A DNA stretch of 64,000 nt from Bugula neritina (Eukaryota > Animalia > Bryozoa): the NCBI GenBank assembly GCA_964035545.1, contig CAXIUT010000183.1, positions 1,674,001-1,738,000 on the forward strand. The letters are read 5' to 3'. Below the pieces are notes generated by a model. The model ran no database searches and was not told where the DNA came from. It saw only the letters and a program-made list of their open reading frames with translations. The position numbers and the translations under genes are program-made. Shown here piece after piece: positions 33,901 through 49,900 of this stretch (positions within the stretch are counted from its first letter, which is position 1; each line of letters opens with the position of its first letter).

Positions 33901-36051
33901 AATACTGCAACATACTGAAATATACTGTAACACACTGAAATATACTGCAACATACTGAAATACACTGTAACATACTGAAATATACTGCAACATACTGAAA
34001 TACACTGCTACATACTGAAATATACTGCAACATACTGCAACATACTGCAATACACTGTAACATACTGAAACACACTGCAACATACTACAACATATTGAAA
34101 TACACTGCAACACATTTAAACACACTGCAACTTACCGAATATATGGTAAACTACTGAAATATACTGTAACGCATTGAAAAGTACTGCAACATACTGAAAT
34201 ATATTGCGACACATTGCAATAAACTGTAACATACTGAAAAATGCTGTAGCACACTGAAATGCACTGCCATTCACTGCAATATACTGCAACATACTGAAAT
34301 ACACCGCAACATCCTACAACATACTGAAATACACTGTAACATAACGAAACATATGGTAAACTACTGAAATATATTTTAACACATTGAAAAATACTGCAAC
34401 ATACTGAAATATATTTTAACACATTGAAAAATACTGCAACATACTGAAATATACTGTAACACACTGAAGTACACTGCAACTCACTGAAATATACTGCAAT
34501 ATACTGAAATACACTGCAACATCCTACAAAATGCTGAAATACACTGTAACATATTGAAAAAAACTGCAACATACTGAAATATACTGCGACACCTAGCAAT
34601 ATACTGTAACATACTGAAATATGCTCTAGCACACTGAAATACAATGCAACTCACTGAAATATACTGCAATATACTGAAATACACTGCAACATCCTACAAA
34701 ATGCTGAAATACACTGTAACATATTGAAATACACTGCAACAGATTGAAATATACTGCAACATACCGAAATATATGTAAACTACTGAAATATACTGTAACA
34801 CATTGAAAAAAACTGCAACATACTGAAATATACTGCGACACCTAGCAATATACTGTAACATACTGAAATATGCTCTAGCACACTGAAATACAATGCAACT
34901 CACTGAAATATACTGCAACATACTGAAATACACTGCAACATCCTACAACATGCTGAAATACACTGTAACATACTGAAATACACTGCTACATACTGAAATA
35001 TACTGCAACATACTGCAACATACTGAAATACACTGTAATATACTGAAATAAACTGCAACATAGTACAACATATTGAAATACATTGCAACACATTGAAATA
35101 TACTGCAACATACCTAAATATACGGTAATATACTGAAATATACTGTAACACGTGGAAAAAACTGCAACATACTGAAATACACTGCAACACACTGAAATAC
35201 ACCGCAAAATACTACAACATACTGAAATACACTGTAACATATTGAGATACACTGCAACACATTGAAATATACTGCAGCATACCGAAATATATGGTAAACT
35301 AATGAAATATACTGTAACACATTGAAAAATACCGCAACATACTGAAATATACTGCGACACATTGCAATATACTGTAACATACTGAAATATGCTGTAGCAC
35401 ACTGAAATACACTGCAACATCCTACAACATACTGAAATACATTGTAACATATTGAAATACACTGCAACACATTGAAATATACTGCAACATAACAAAATAT
35501 ATGGTAAACTACTGAAATAGACTTTAACACATTGAAAAATACTGCAACATACTGAAATATACTGTAACACACTGAAGTATACTGCAACATACTGAAATAC
35601 ACTGTAACATACTGAAATACACTGCAACATACTACCACATATTGAAACACACTGCAACACATAGAAATGTACTGCAACATACCGAAATATATGGTAAACT
35701 ACTAAAGTATACTGAAACACATTGAAAAATACTGCAACGTACTGAAATATACTGCGACACCTAGCAATATACTGTAACATACTGAAATATGCTCTAGCAC
35801 ACTGAAATACAATGCAACTTACTGAAATATACTGCAACATACTGAAATACACTGCAACATCCTACAATATGCTAAAATACACTGTAACATATTGAAATAC
35901 ACTGCAACACTTTGAAATATACTGCAACATGCCGAAATATATGGTAAACTACTGCAACATACTACAACATATTGAAATACACTGCAACACATTGAAATAT
36001 ACTGCAACATACCTAAATATACGGTAATATACTGAAATATACTGTAACACA
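12958..36051. repeat. Higher-order tandem repeat, period about 7684-7693 bp, about 3 near-identical copies
   Basis: Offsets are 7683/7684 (13632/21315, 16161/23845, 19609/27293) and then 7693 (21586/29279, 23845/31538, 27293/34986). Confidence 0.92.
17398..19453. repeat. 1019-bp tandem duplication nested in the 7.7-kb unit (also at about 25.1-27.1 kb and 32.8-34.8 kb)
   Basis: Offset 1019 for 17449/18468, 17720/18739 and 18085/19104, with shared rare variants CATTTAAACAC and GAAATGCACTGCCATTC. Confidence 0.85.
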
Positions 36052-39000
36052 TTGAAAAATACTGCAACATACTGAAATATACTGTAACACACCGAAATAT
36101 ACAGCAACATACTGAAATACACTGTAACATACTGAAATATACTGCAACATACTGAAACACACTGCTACATACTGAAATATACTGCAACATACTGCAACAT
36201 ACTGCAACATACTGAAATACACTGTAACATACTGAAATAAACTGCAACATACTACAACATATTGAAATACACTGCAACACATTGAAATATACTGCAACAT
36301 ACCTAAATATACGGTAATATACTGAAACTCACTGTAACGCATTGCAAAATACTGCAACATACTGAAATTCACTGCGACACACTGAAATACGCTGCAAAAT
36401 ACTACAACATACTGAAATAAACTGTAACATATTGAAATACACTGCAACACATTGAAAAATACTGCAACATACTGAAATATACTGTAACACACTGAAATAT
36501 ACTGCAACATACTGAAATATACTGCAACATACTGCAACATACTGCAATACACTGTAACATACTGAAATACACTGCAACATACTACAACATATTGAAATAC
36601 ACTGCAACACATTTAAACACACTGCAACTTACCGAATATATGGTAAACTACTGAAATATACTGTAACGCATCGAAAAGTACTGCAACATACTGAAATATA
36701 TTGCGACACATTGCAATAAACTGTAACATACTGAAAAATGCTGTAGCACACTGAAATGCACTGCCATTCACTGAAATATACTGCAACATACTGAAATACA
36801 CCGCAACATCCTACAACATACTGAAATACACTGTAACATAACGAAACATATGGTAAACTACTGAAATATATTTTAACACATTGAAAAATACTGCAACATA
36901 CTGAAATATATTTTAACACATTGAAAAATACTGCAACATACTGAAATATACTGTAACACACTGAAGTACACTACAACTCACTGAAATATACTGCAATATA
37001 CTGAAATACACTGCAACATCCTACAAAATGCTGAAATACACTGTAACATATTGAAAAAAACTGCAACATACTGAAATATACTGCGACACCTAGCAATATA
37101 CTGTAACATACTGAAATATGCTCTAGCACACTGAAATACAATGCAACTCACTGAAATATACTGCAATATACTGAAATACACTGCAACATCCTACAAAATG
37201 CTGAAATACACTGTAACATATTGAAATACACTGCAACAGATTGAAATATACTGCAACATACCGAAATATATGGTAAACTACTGAAATACACTGTAACATA
37301 CTGAAATATACTGCAACATACTGAAATACACTGCTACATACTGAAAAACACTGCAACATACTGCAACATACTGAAATACACTGTAACATACTGAAATAAA
37401 CTGCAACATACTGCAACATACTGCAATACACTGTAACATACTGAAATACACTGCAACATACTACAACATACTGAAATACACTGCAACACATTGAAATATA
37501 CTGCAACATACCTAAATATACGGTAATATACAGAAATGTACTGTAACATACTGGAACATACTGTAACACACGGAAATATACTACAAAACACTGAAATACA
37601 CTGCAACATACTGAAATACGCTGTAACATACTGAAATACACTGCAACATCCTACAAAATGCTGAAATACACTGTAACATATTGAAATACACTGCAACACA
37701 TTGAAATATACTGCAACATACCGAAATATATGGTAAACTACTGAAATATACTGTAACACATTGAAAAATACTGCAACATACTGAAATATACTGCGACACC
37801 TAGCAATATACTGTAACATACTGAAATATGCTCTAGCACACTGAAATACAATGCAACATACTGAAATATACTGCAACATACTGAAATACACTGCAACATC
37901 CTACAACATGCTGAAATACACTGTAACATATTGAAATACACTGCAACACTTTGAAATATACTGCAACATACCGAAATATATGGTAAAATACTGCAACATA
38001 CTACAACATATTGAAATACACTGCAACACATTGAAATATGCTGCAACATACCTAAATGTACGGTAATATACTGAAATATACTGTAACACATTGAAAAATA
38101 CCGTAACATACTGAAATATACTGCGACACATTGCAATATACTGTAACATACTGAAATATGCTGTAGCACACTGAAATACACTGCAACATCCTACAACATA
38201 CTGAAATACATTGTAACATATTGAAATACACTGCAACACATTGAAATATACTGCAACATAACAAAATATATGGTAAACTACTGAAATAGACTTTAACACA
38301 TTGAAAAATACTGCAACATACTGAAATATACTGTAACACACTGAAGTATACTGCAACATACTGAAATACACTGTAACATACTGAAATACACTGCAACATA
38401 CTACCACATATTGAAATACACTGCAACACATTGAAATGTACTGCAACATACCGAAATATATGGTAAACTACTAAAATATACTGTAACACATTGAAAAATA
38501 CTGCAACGTACTGAAATATACTGCGACACCTAGCAATATACTGTAACATACTGAAATATGCTCTAGCACACTGAAATACAATGCAACTTACTGAAATATA
38601 CTGCAACATACTGAAATACACTGCAACATCCTACAATATGCTAAAATACACTGTAACATATTGAAATACACTGCAACACTTTGAAATATACTGCAACATA
38701 CCGAAATATATGGTAAACTACTGCAACATACTACAACATATTGAAATACACTGCAACACATTGAAATATACTGCAACATACCTAAATATACGGTAATATA
38801 CTGAAATATACTGTAACACATTGAAAAATACTGCAACATACTGAAATATAGTGTAACACACCGAAATATACAGCAACATACTGAAATACACTGTAACATA
38901 CTGAAATATACTGCAACATACTGAAACACACTGCTACATACTGAAATATACTGCAACATACTGCAACATACTGCAACATACTGAAATACACTGTAACATA

Positions 39001-42000
39001 CTGAAATACACTGCAACATACTACAACATATTGAAATACACTGCAACACATTGAAATATACTGCAACATACCTAAATATACGGTAATATACTGAAATTCA
39101 CTGTAACGCATTGCAAAATACTGCAACATACTGAAATTCACTGCGACACACTGAAATACGCTGCAAAATACTACAACATACTGAAATAAACTGTAACATA
39201 TTGAAATACACTGCAACACATTGAAAAATACTGCAACATACTGAAATATACTGTAACACACTGAAATATACTGCAACATACTGAAATACACTGTAACATA
39301 CTGAAATATACTGCAACATACTGAAATACACTGCTACATACTGAAATATACTGCAACATACTGCAACATACTGCAATACACTGTAACATACTGAAATACA
39401 CTGCAACATACTACAACATATTGAAATACACTGCAACACATTTAAACACACTGCAACTTACCGAATATATGGTAAACTACTGAAATATACTGTAACGCAT
39501 TGAAAAGTACTGCAACATACTGAAATATATTGCGACACATTGCAATAAACTGTAACATACTGAAAAATGCTGTAGCACACTGAAATGCACTGCCATTCAC
39601 TGAAATATACTGCAACATACTGAAATACACCGCAACATCCTACAACATACTGAAATACACTGTAACATAACGAAACATATGGTAAACTACTGAAATATAT
39701 TTTAACACATTGAAAAATACTGCAACATACTGAAATATATTTTAACACATTGAAAAATACTGCAACATACTGAAATATACTGTAACACACTGAAGTACAC
39801 TGCAACTCACTGAAATATACTGCAATATACTGAAATACACTGCAACATCCTACAAAATGCTGAAATACACTGTAACATATTGAAAAAAACTGCAACATAC
39901 TGAAATATACTGCGACACCTAGCAATATACTGTAACATACTGAAATATGCTCTAGCACACTGAAATACAATGCAACTCACTGAAATATACTGCAATATAG
40001 TGAAATACACTGCAACATCCTACAAAACGCTGAAATACACTGCAACATATTGAAATACACTGCAACACATTGAAATATACTGCAACATACCGAAATATAT
40101 GGTAAACTACTGAAATATACTGTAACACATTGAAAAAAACTGCAACATACTGAAATATACTGCGACACCTAGCAATATACTGTAACATACTGAAATATGC
40201 TCTAGCACACTGAAATACAATGCAACTCACTGAAATATACTGCAACATACTGAAATACACTGCAACATCCTACAACATGCTGAAATACACTGTAACATAT
40301 TGAAATACACTGCAACACTTTGAAATATACTGCAACATACCGAAATATTTGGTAAACTACTGCAACACACTACAACATATTGAAATACACTGCAACACAT
40401 TGAAATATACTGCAACATGCCTAAATTTACGGTAATATAATGAAATATACTGTAACACACCGAAATATACTGCAACATACTGAAATACACTGTAACGTAC
40501 TGAAATATACTGCAACATACTGAAATACACTGCTACATACTGAAATACACTGCAACATACTGCAACATACTGAAATACACTGTAACATACTGAAATAAAC
40601 TGCAACATACTACAACATATTGAAATACACTGCAACACATTGAAATATACTGCAACATACCTAAATATACGGTAATATACTGAAATATACTGTAACACAT
40701 TGAAAAAACTGCAACATACTGAAATACACTGCAACACACTGAAATACACCGCAAAATACTGCAACATACTGAAATACACTGTAACATATTGAAATACACT
40801 GCAACACATTGAAATATACTGCAACATACCGAAATATATGGTAAACTAATGAAATATACTGTAACACATTGAAAAATACCGCAACATACTGAAATATACT
40901 GCGACACATTGCAATATACTGTAACATACTGAAATATGCTGTAGCACACTGAAATACACTGCAACACCCTACAACATACTGAAATACACTGTAACATATT
41001 GAAATACACCGCAAGAAATTGAAATAGACTGCAACACAACAAAATATATGGTAAACTACTGAAATAGACTTTAACACTTTGAAAAATACTGCAACATACA
41101 GAAATATACTGTAACACACTGAAATATACTGCAACATACTGAAATACACTGTAACATACTGAAATATACTGCAACATACTGAAATACACTGCTACATACT
41201 GAAATATACTGCAACATACTGCAACATACTGCAACATACCGAAATACGCTGTAACATACTGAAATACACTGCAACATACTACAACATATTGAAATACACT
41301 GCAACACATTGAAATGTACTGCAACATACCGAAATATACGGTAATATACTGAAATATACAGTAACACATTGAAAAATACTGCAACATACTGAAATACACT
41401 GCAACACACTGAAACACACCGCAAAAAACTACAACATACTGAAATACACTGTAACATATTGAAGTACACTGCAACACATTTAAATATACTGCAACATACC
41501 AAAATATATGGTAAACAACTGAAATATACTTTAACACATTGAAAAATACTGCAACATACTGAAATATACTGCGACACATTGCAATATACTGTAACATAAC
41601 GAAATATGCTCTAGCACACTGAAATACACTGCAACTCACTGAAATATACTGCAACATACTGAAATACACTGTGACATACTGAAATATACTGCAACATACT
41701 GAAATACACTGCTACATACCGAAATATACTGCAACATACTGCAACATACTGAAATTCACTGCAGCATACTACAACATACTGAAATACACTGCAACACATT
41801 GAAATATACTGCAACATACCTAAATATACGGTAATATACCGAAATATACTGTAACGCATTGCAAAATACTGCAACAAACTGAAATACACTGCGACACACT
41901 GAAATACGCTGCAAAATACTACAACACACTGAAATAAACTGTAACATATTGAAATACACTGCAACACATTGAAAAATACTGCAACATACTGAAATATACT

Positions 42001-45000
42001 GTAACACACTGAAATATACTGCAACATACTGAAATACACTGTAACATACTGAAATATACTGCAACATACTGAAATACACTGCTACATACTGAAATATACT
42101 GCAACATACTGCAACATACTGCAATACACTGTAACATACTGAAATACACTGCAACATACTACAACATACTGAAATACACTGCAACATACTGAAATAAACT
42201 GCAACATACTACAACATATTGAAATACACTGCAACACATTGAAATATACTGCAACATACCTAAATATACGGTAATATACTGAAATTCACTGTAACGCATT
42301 GCAAAATACTGCAACATACTGAAATTCACTGCGACACACTGAAATACGCTGCAAAATACTACAACATACTGAAATAAACTGTAACATATTGAAATACACT
42401 GCAACACATTGAAAAATACTGCAACATACTGAAATATACTGTAACACACTGAAATATACTGCAACATACTGAAATACACTGTAACATACTGAAATATACT
42501 GCAACATACTGAAATACACTGCTACATACTGAAATATACTGCAACATACTGCAACATACTGCAATACACTGTAACATACTGAAATACACTGCAACATACT
42601 ACAACATATTGAAATACACTGCAACACATTTAAACACACTGCAACTTACCGAATATATGGTAAACTACTGAAATATACTGTAACGCATTGAAAAGTACTG
42701 CAACATACTGAAATATATTGCGACACATTGCAATAAACTGTAACATACTGAAAAATGCTGTAGCACACTGAAATGCACTGCCATTCACTGAAATATACTG
42801 CAACATACTGAAATACACCGCAACATCCTACAACATACTGAAATACACTGTAACATAACGAAACATATGGTAAACTACTGAAATATATTTTAACACATTG
42901 AAAAATACTGCAACATACTGAAATATATTTTAACACATTGAAAAATACTGCAACATACTGAAATATACTGTAACACACTGAAGTACACTGCAACTCACTG
43001 AAATATACTGCAATATACTGAAATACACTGCAACATCCTACAAAATGCTGAAATACACTGTAACATATTGAAAAAACTGCAACATACTGAAATATACTGC
43101 GACACCTAGCAATATACTGTAACATACTGAAATATGCTCTAGCACACTGAAATACAATGCAACTCACTGAAATATACTGCAATATACTGAAATACACTGC
43201 AACATCCTACAAAACGCTGAAATACACTGCAACATATTGAAATACACTGCAACACATTGAAATATACTGCAACATACCGAAATATATGGTAAACTACTGA
43301 AATATACTGTAACACATTGAAAAAAACTGCAACATACTGAAATATACTGCGACACCTAGCAATATACTGTAACATACTGAAATATGCTCTAGCACACTGA
43401 AATACAATGCAACTCACTGAAATATACTGCAACATACTGAAATACACTGCAACATCCTACAACATGCTGAAATACACTGTAACATATTGAAATACACTGC
43501 AACACTTTGAAATATACTGCAACATACCGAAATATATGGTAAACTACTGCAACACACTACAACATATTGAAATACACTGCAACACATTGAAATATACTGC
43601 AACATGCCTAAATTTACGGTAATATAATGAAATATACTGTAACACACCGAAATATACTGCAACATACTGAAATACACTGTAACATACTGAAATATACTGC
43701 AACATACTGAAATACACTGCTACATACTGAAATACACTGCAACATACTGCAACATACTGAAATACACTGTAACATACTGAAATAAACTGCAACATACTAC
43801 AACATATTGAAATACACTGCAACACATTGAAATATACTGCAACATACCTAAATATACGGTAATATACTGAAATATACTGCAACACATTGAAAAATACTGC
43901 AACATACTGAAATATAGTGTAACACACCGAAATATACAGCAACATACTGAAATACACTGTAACATACTGAAATATACTGCAACATACTGAAACACACTGC
44001 TACATACTGAAATATACTGCAACATACTGCAACATACTGCAACATACTGAAATACACTGTAACATACTGAAATAAACTGCAACATACTACAACATATTGA
44101 AATACACTGCAACACATTGAAATATACTGCAACATACCTAAATATACGGTAATATACTGAAATTCACTGTAACGCATTGCAAAATACTGCAACATCATGA
44201 AATTCACTGCGACACACTGAAATACGCTGCAAAATACTACAACATACTGAAATAAACTGTAACATATTGAAATACACTGCAACACATTGAAAAATACTGC
44301 AACATACTGAAATTTACTGTAACACACTGAAATATACTGCAACATACTGAAATACACTGTAACATACTGAAATATACTGCAACATACTGAAATACACTGC
44401 TACATACTGAAATATACTGCAACATACTGCAACATACTGCAATACACTGTAACATACTGAAATACACTGCAACATACTACAACATATTGAAATACACTGC
44501 AACACATTTAAACACACTGCAACTTACCGAATATATGGTAAACTACTGAAATATACTGTAACGCATTGAAAAGTACTGCAACATACTGAAATATATTGCG
44601 ACACATTGCAATAAACTGTAACATACTGAAAAATGCTGTAGCACGCTGAAATGCACTGCCATTCACTGAAATATACTGCAACATACTGAAATACACCGCA
44701 ACATCCTACAACATACTGAAATACACTGTAACATAACGAAACATATGGTAAACTACTGAAATATATTTTAACACATTGAAAAATACTGCAACATACTGAA
44801 ATATATTTTAACACATTGAAAAATACTGCATTATACTGAAATGTACTGTAACACACTGAAGTACACTGCAACTCACTGAAATATACTGCAATATACTGAA
44901 ATACACTGCAACATTCTACAAAATGCTGAAATACACTGTAACATATTGAAAAAAACTGCAACATACTGAAATATACTGCGACACCTAGCAATATACTGTA

Positions 45001-46932
45001 ACATACTGAAATATGCTCTAGCACACTGAAATACAATGCAACTCACTGAAATATACTGCAATATACTGAAATACACTGCAACATCCTACAAAACGCTGAA
45101 ATACACTGTAACATATTGAAATACACTGCAACACATTGACATATACTGCAACATACCGAAATATATGGTAAACTACTGAAATATACTGTAACACATTGAA
45201 AAAAACTGCAACATACTGAAATATACTGCGACACCTAGCAATATACTGTAACATACTGAAATATGCTCTAGCACACTGAAATACAATGCAACTCACTGAA
45301 ATATACTGCAACATACTGAAATACACTGCAACATCCTACAACATGCTGAAATACACTGTAACATATTGAAATACACTGCAACACTTTGAAATATACTGCA
45401 ACATACCGAAATATATGGTAAACTACTGCAACACACTACAACATATTGAAATACACTGCAACACATTGAAATATACTGCAACATGCCTAAATTTACGGTA
45501 ATATAATGAAATATACTGTAACACACCGAAATATACTGCAACATACTGAAATACACTGTAACATACTGAAATATACTGCAACATACTGAAATACACTGCT
45601 ACATACTCAAATACACTGCAACATACTGCAACATACTGAAATACACTGTAACATACTGAAATAAACTGCAAGATACTACAACATATTGAAATACACTGCA
45701 ACACATTGAAATATACTGCAACATACCTAAATATACGGTAATATACTGAAATATACTGTAACACATTGAAAAAACTGCAACATACTGAAATACACTGCAA
45801 CACACTGAAATACACCGCAAAATACTACAACATACTGAAATACACTGTAACATATTGAAATACACTGCAACACATTGAAATATACTGCAACATACCGAAA
45901 TATATGGTAAACTAATGAAATATACTGTAACACATTGAAAAATACCGCAACATACTGAAATATACTGCGACACATTGCAATATACTGTAACATACTGAAA
46001 TATGCTGTAGCACACTGAAATACACTGCAACACCCTACAACATACTGAAATACACTGTAACATATTGAAATACACCGCAAGAAATTGAAATAGACTGCAA
46101 CACAACAAAATATATGGTAAACTACTGAAATAGACTTTAACACTTTGAAAAATACTGCAACATACTGCAACATACTGCAACATACCGAAGTACGCTGTAA
46201 CATACTGAAATACACTGCAACATACTACAACATATTGAAATACACTGCAACACATTGAAATGTACTGCAACATACCGAAATATACGGTAATATACTGAAA
46301 TATACAGTAACACATTGAAAAATACTGCAACATACTGAAATACACTGCAACACACTGAAACACACCGCAAAAAACTACAACATACTGAAATACACTGTAA
46401 CATATTGAAGTACACTGCAACACATTTAAATATACTACAACATACCAAAATATATGGTAAACAACTGAAATATACTTTAACACATTGAAAAATACTGCAA
46501 CATACTGAAATATACTGCGACACATTGCAATATACTGTAACATAACGAAATATGCTCTAGCACACTGAAATACACTGCAACTCACTGAAATATACTGCAA
46601 CATACTGAAATACACTGTGACATACTGAAATATACTGCAACATACTGAAATACACTGCTACATACCGAAATATACTGCAACATACTGCAACATACTGAAA
46701 TTCACTGCAGCATACTACAACATACTGAAATACACTGCAACACATTGAAATATACTGCAACATACCTAAACATACGGTAATATACCGAAATATACTGTAA
46801 CGCATTGCAAAATACTGCAACAAACTGAAATACACTGCGACACACTGAAATACGCTGCAAAATACTACAACACGCTGAAATAAACTGTAACATATTGAAA
46901 TACACTGCAACACATTGAAAAATACTGCAACA

Positions 46933-49900
46933 TACTGAAATATACTGTAACACACTGAAATATACTGCAACATACTGAAATACACTGTAACATACTGAAA
47001 TATACTGCAACATACTGAAATACACTGCTACATACTGAAATATACTACAACATACTGCAACATACTGCAATACACTGTAACATACTGAAATACACTGCAA
47101 CATACTACAACATACTGAAATACACTGCAACACATTGAAATATACTGCAACATACCTAAATATACGGTAATATACAGAAATGTACTGTAACATACTGGAA
47201 CATACTGTAACACACGGAAATATACTACAAAACACTGAAATACACTGCAACATACTGAAATACGCTGTAACATACTGAAATACACTGCAACATCCTACAA
47301 AATGCTGAAATACACTGTAACATATTGAAATACACTGCAACACTTTGAAATATACTGCAACATACCGAAATATATGGTAAACTACTGAAATATACTGTAA
47401 CACATTGAAAAATACTGCAACATACTGAAATATACTGCGACACCTAGCAATATACTGTAACATACTGAAATATGCTCTAGCACACTGAAATAGAATGCAA
47501 CATACTGAAATATACTGCAACATACTGAAATACACTGCAACATCCTACAACATGCTGAAATACACTGTAACATATTGAAATACACTGCAACACTTTGAAA
47601 TATACTGCAACATACCGAAATATATGGTAAAATACTGCAACATACTACAACATATTGAAATACACTGCAACACATTGAAATATACTGCAACATACCTAAA
47701 TGTACGGTAATATACTGAAATATACTGTAACACATTGAAAAATACTGCAACATACTGAAATACACTGTAACATACTGAAATATACTGCAACATACTGAAA
47801 TACTTTGCTACATACTGAAACATACTGCAACATACTGCAACATACTGAAATACACTGTAATATACTGAAATAAACTGCAACATAGTACAACATATTGAAA
47901 TACAATGCAACACATTGAAATATACTGCAACATACCTAAATATACGGTAATATACTGAAATATACTGTAACACGTGGAAAAAACTGCAATATACTGAAAT
48001 ACACTGCAACACACTGAAATACACCGCAAAATACTACAACATACTGAAATACGCTGTAACATATTGAAATACACTGCAACACATTGAAATATACTGCAAC
48101 ATACCGAAATATATGGTAAACTAATGAAATATACTGTAACACATTGAAAAATACCGCAACATACTGAAATATACTGCGACACTTTGCAATATACTGTAAC
48201 ATACTGAAATATGCTGTAGCACACTGAAATACACTGCAACATCCTACAACATACTGAAATACATTGTAACATATTGAAATACACTGCAACACATTGAAAT
48301 ATACTGCAACATAACAAAATATATGGTAAACTACTGAAATAGACTTTAACAGATTGAAAAATACTGCAACATACTGAAATATACTGTAACACACTGAAGT
48401 ATACTGCAACATACTGAAAGACACTGTAACATACTGAAATACTTTGCAACATACTACCACATATTGAAATACACTGCAACACATTGAAATGTACTGCAAC
48501 ATACCGAAATATATGGTAAACTACTAAAATATACTGTAACACATTGAAAAATACTGCAACGTACTGAAATATACTGCGACACCTAGCAATATACTGTAAC
48601 ATACTGAAATATGCTCTAGCACACTGAAATACAATGCAACTTACTGAAATATACTGCAACATACTGAAATACACTGCAACATCCTACAATATGCTAAAAT
48701 ACACTGTAACATATTGAAATACACTGCAACACTTTGAAATATACTGCAACATACCGAAATATATGGTAAACTACTGCAACATACTACAACATATTGAAAT
48801 ACACTGCAACACATTGAAATATACTGCAACATACCTAAATATACGGTAATATACTGAAATATACTGTAACACATTGAAAAATACTGCAACATACTGAAAT
48901 ATACTGTAACACACCGAAATATACAGCAACATACTGAAATACACTGTAACATACTGAAATATACTGCAACACACTGAAACACACTGCTACATACTGAAAT
49001 ATACTGCAACATACTGCAACATACTGCAACATACTGAAATACACTGTAACATACTGAAATAAACTGCAACATACTACAACATATTGAAATACACTGCAAC
49101 ACATTGAAATATACTGCAACATACCTAAATATACGGTAATATACTGAAATACACTGCAACACATTGAAAAATACTGCAACACACTGAAATATACTGTAAC
49201 ACACTGAAATATACTGCAACATACTGAAATACACTGTAACATACTGAAATATACTGCAACATACTGAAATACACTGCTACATACTGAAATATACTGCAAC
49301 ATACTGCAATACACTGTAACATACTCAAATACACTGCAACATACTACAATATATTGAAATACACTGCAACACATTTAAACACACTGCAACTTACCGAATA
49401 TATGGTAAACTACTGAAATATACTGTAACGCATTGAAAAGTACTGCAACATACTGAAATATATTGCAACACATTGCAATAAACTGTAACATACTGAAAAA
49501 TGCTGTAGCACACTGAAATACACTGCCATTCACTGAAATATACTGCAACATACTGAAATACACCGCAACATCCTACAACATAATGAAATACACTGTAACA
49601 TAACGAAACATATGGTAAACTACTGAAATATATTTTAACACATTGAAAAATACTGCAACATACTGAAATATATTTTAACACATTGAAAAATACTGCAACA
49701 TACTGAAATATACTGTAACACACTGAAGTACACTGCAACTCACTGAAATATACTGCAATATACTGAAGTACACTGCAACATCCTACAAAATGCTGAAATA
49801 CACTGTAACATATTGAAAAAAACTGCAACATACTGAAATATACTGCGACACCTAGCAATATACTGTAACATACTGAAATATGCTCTAGCACACTGAAATA

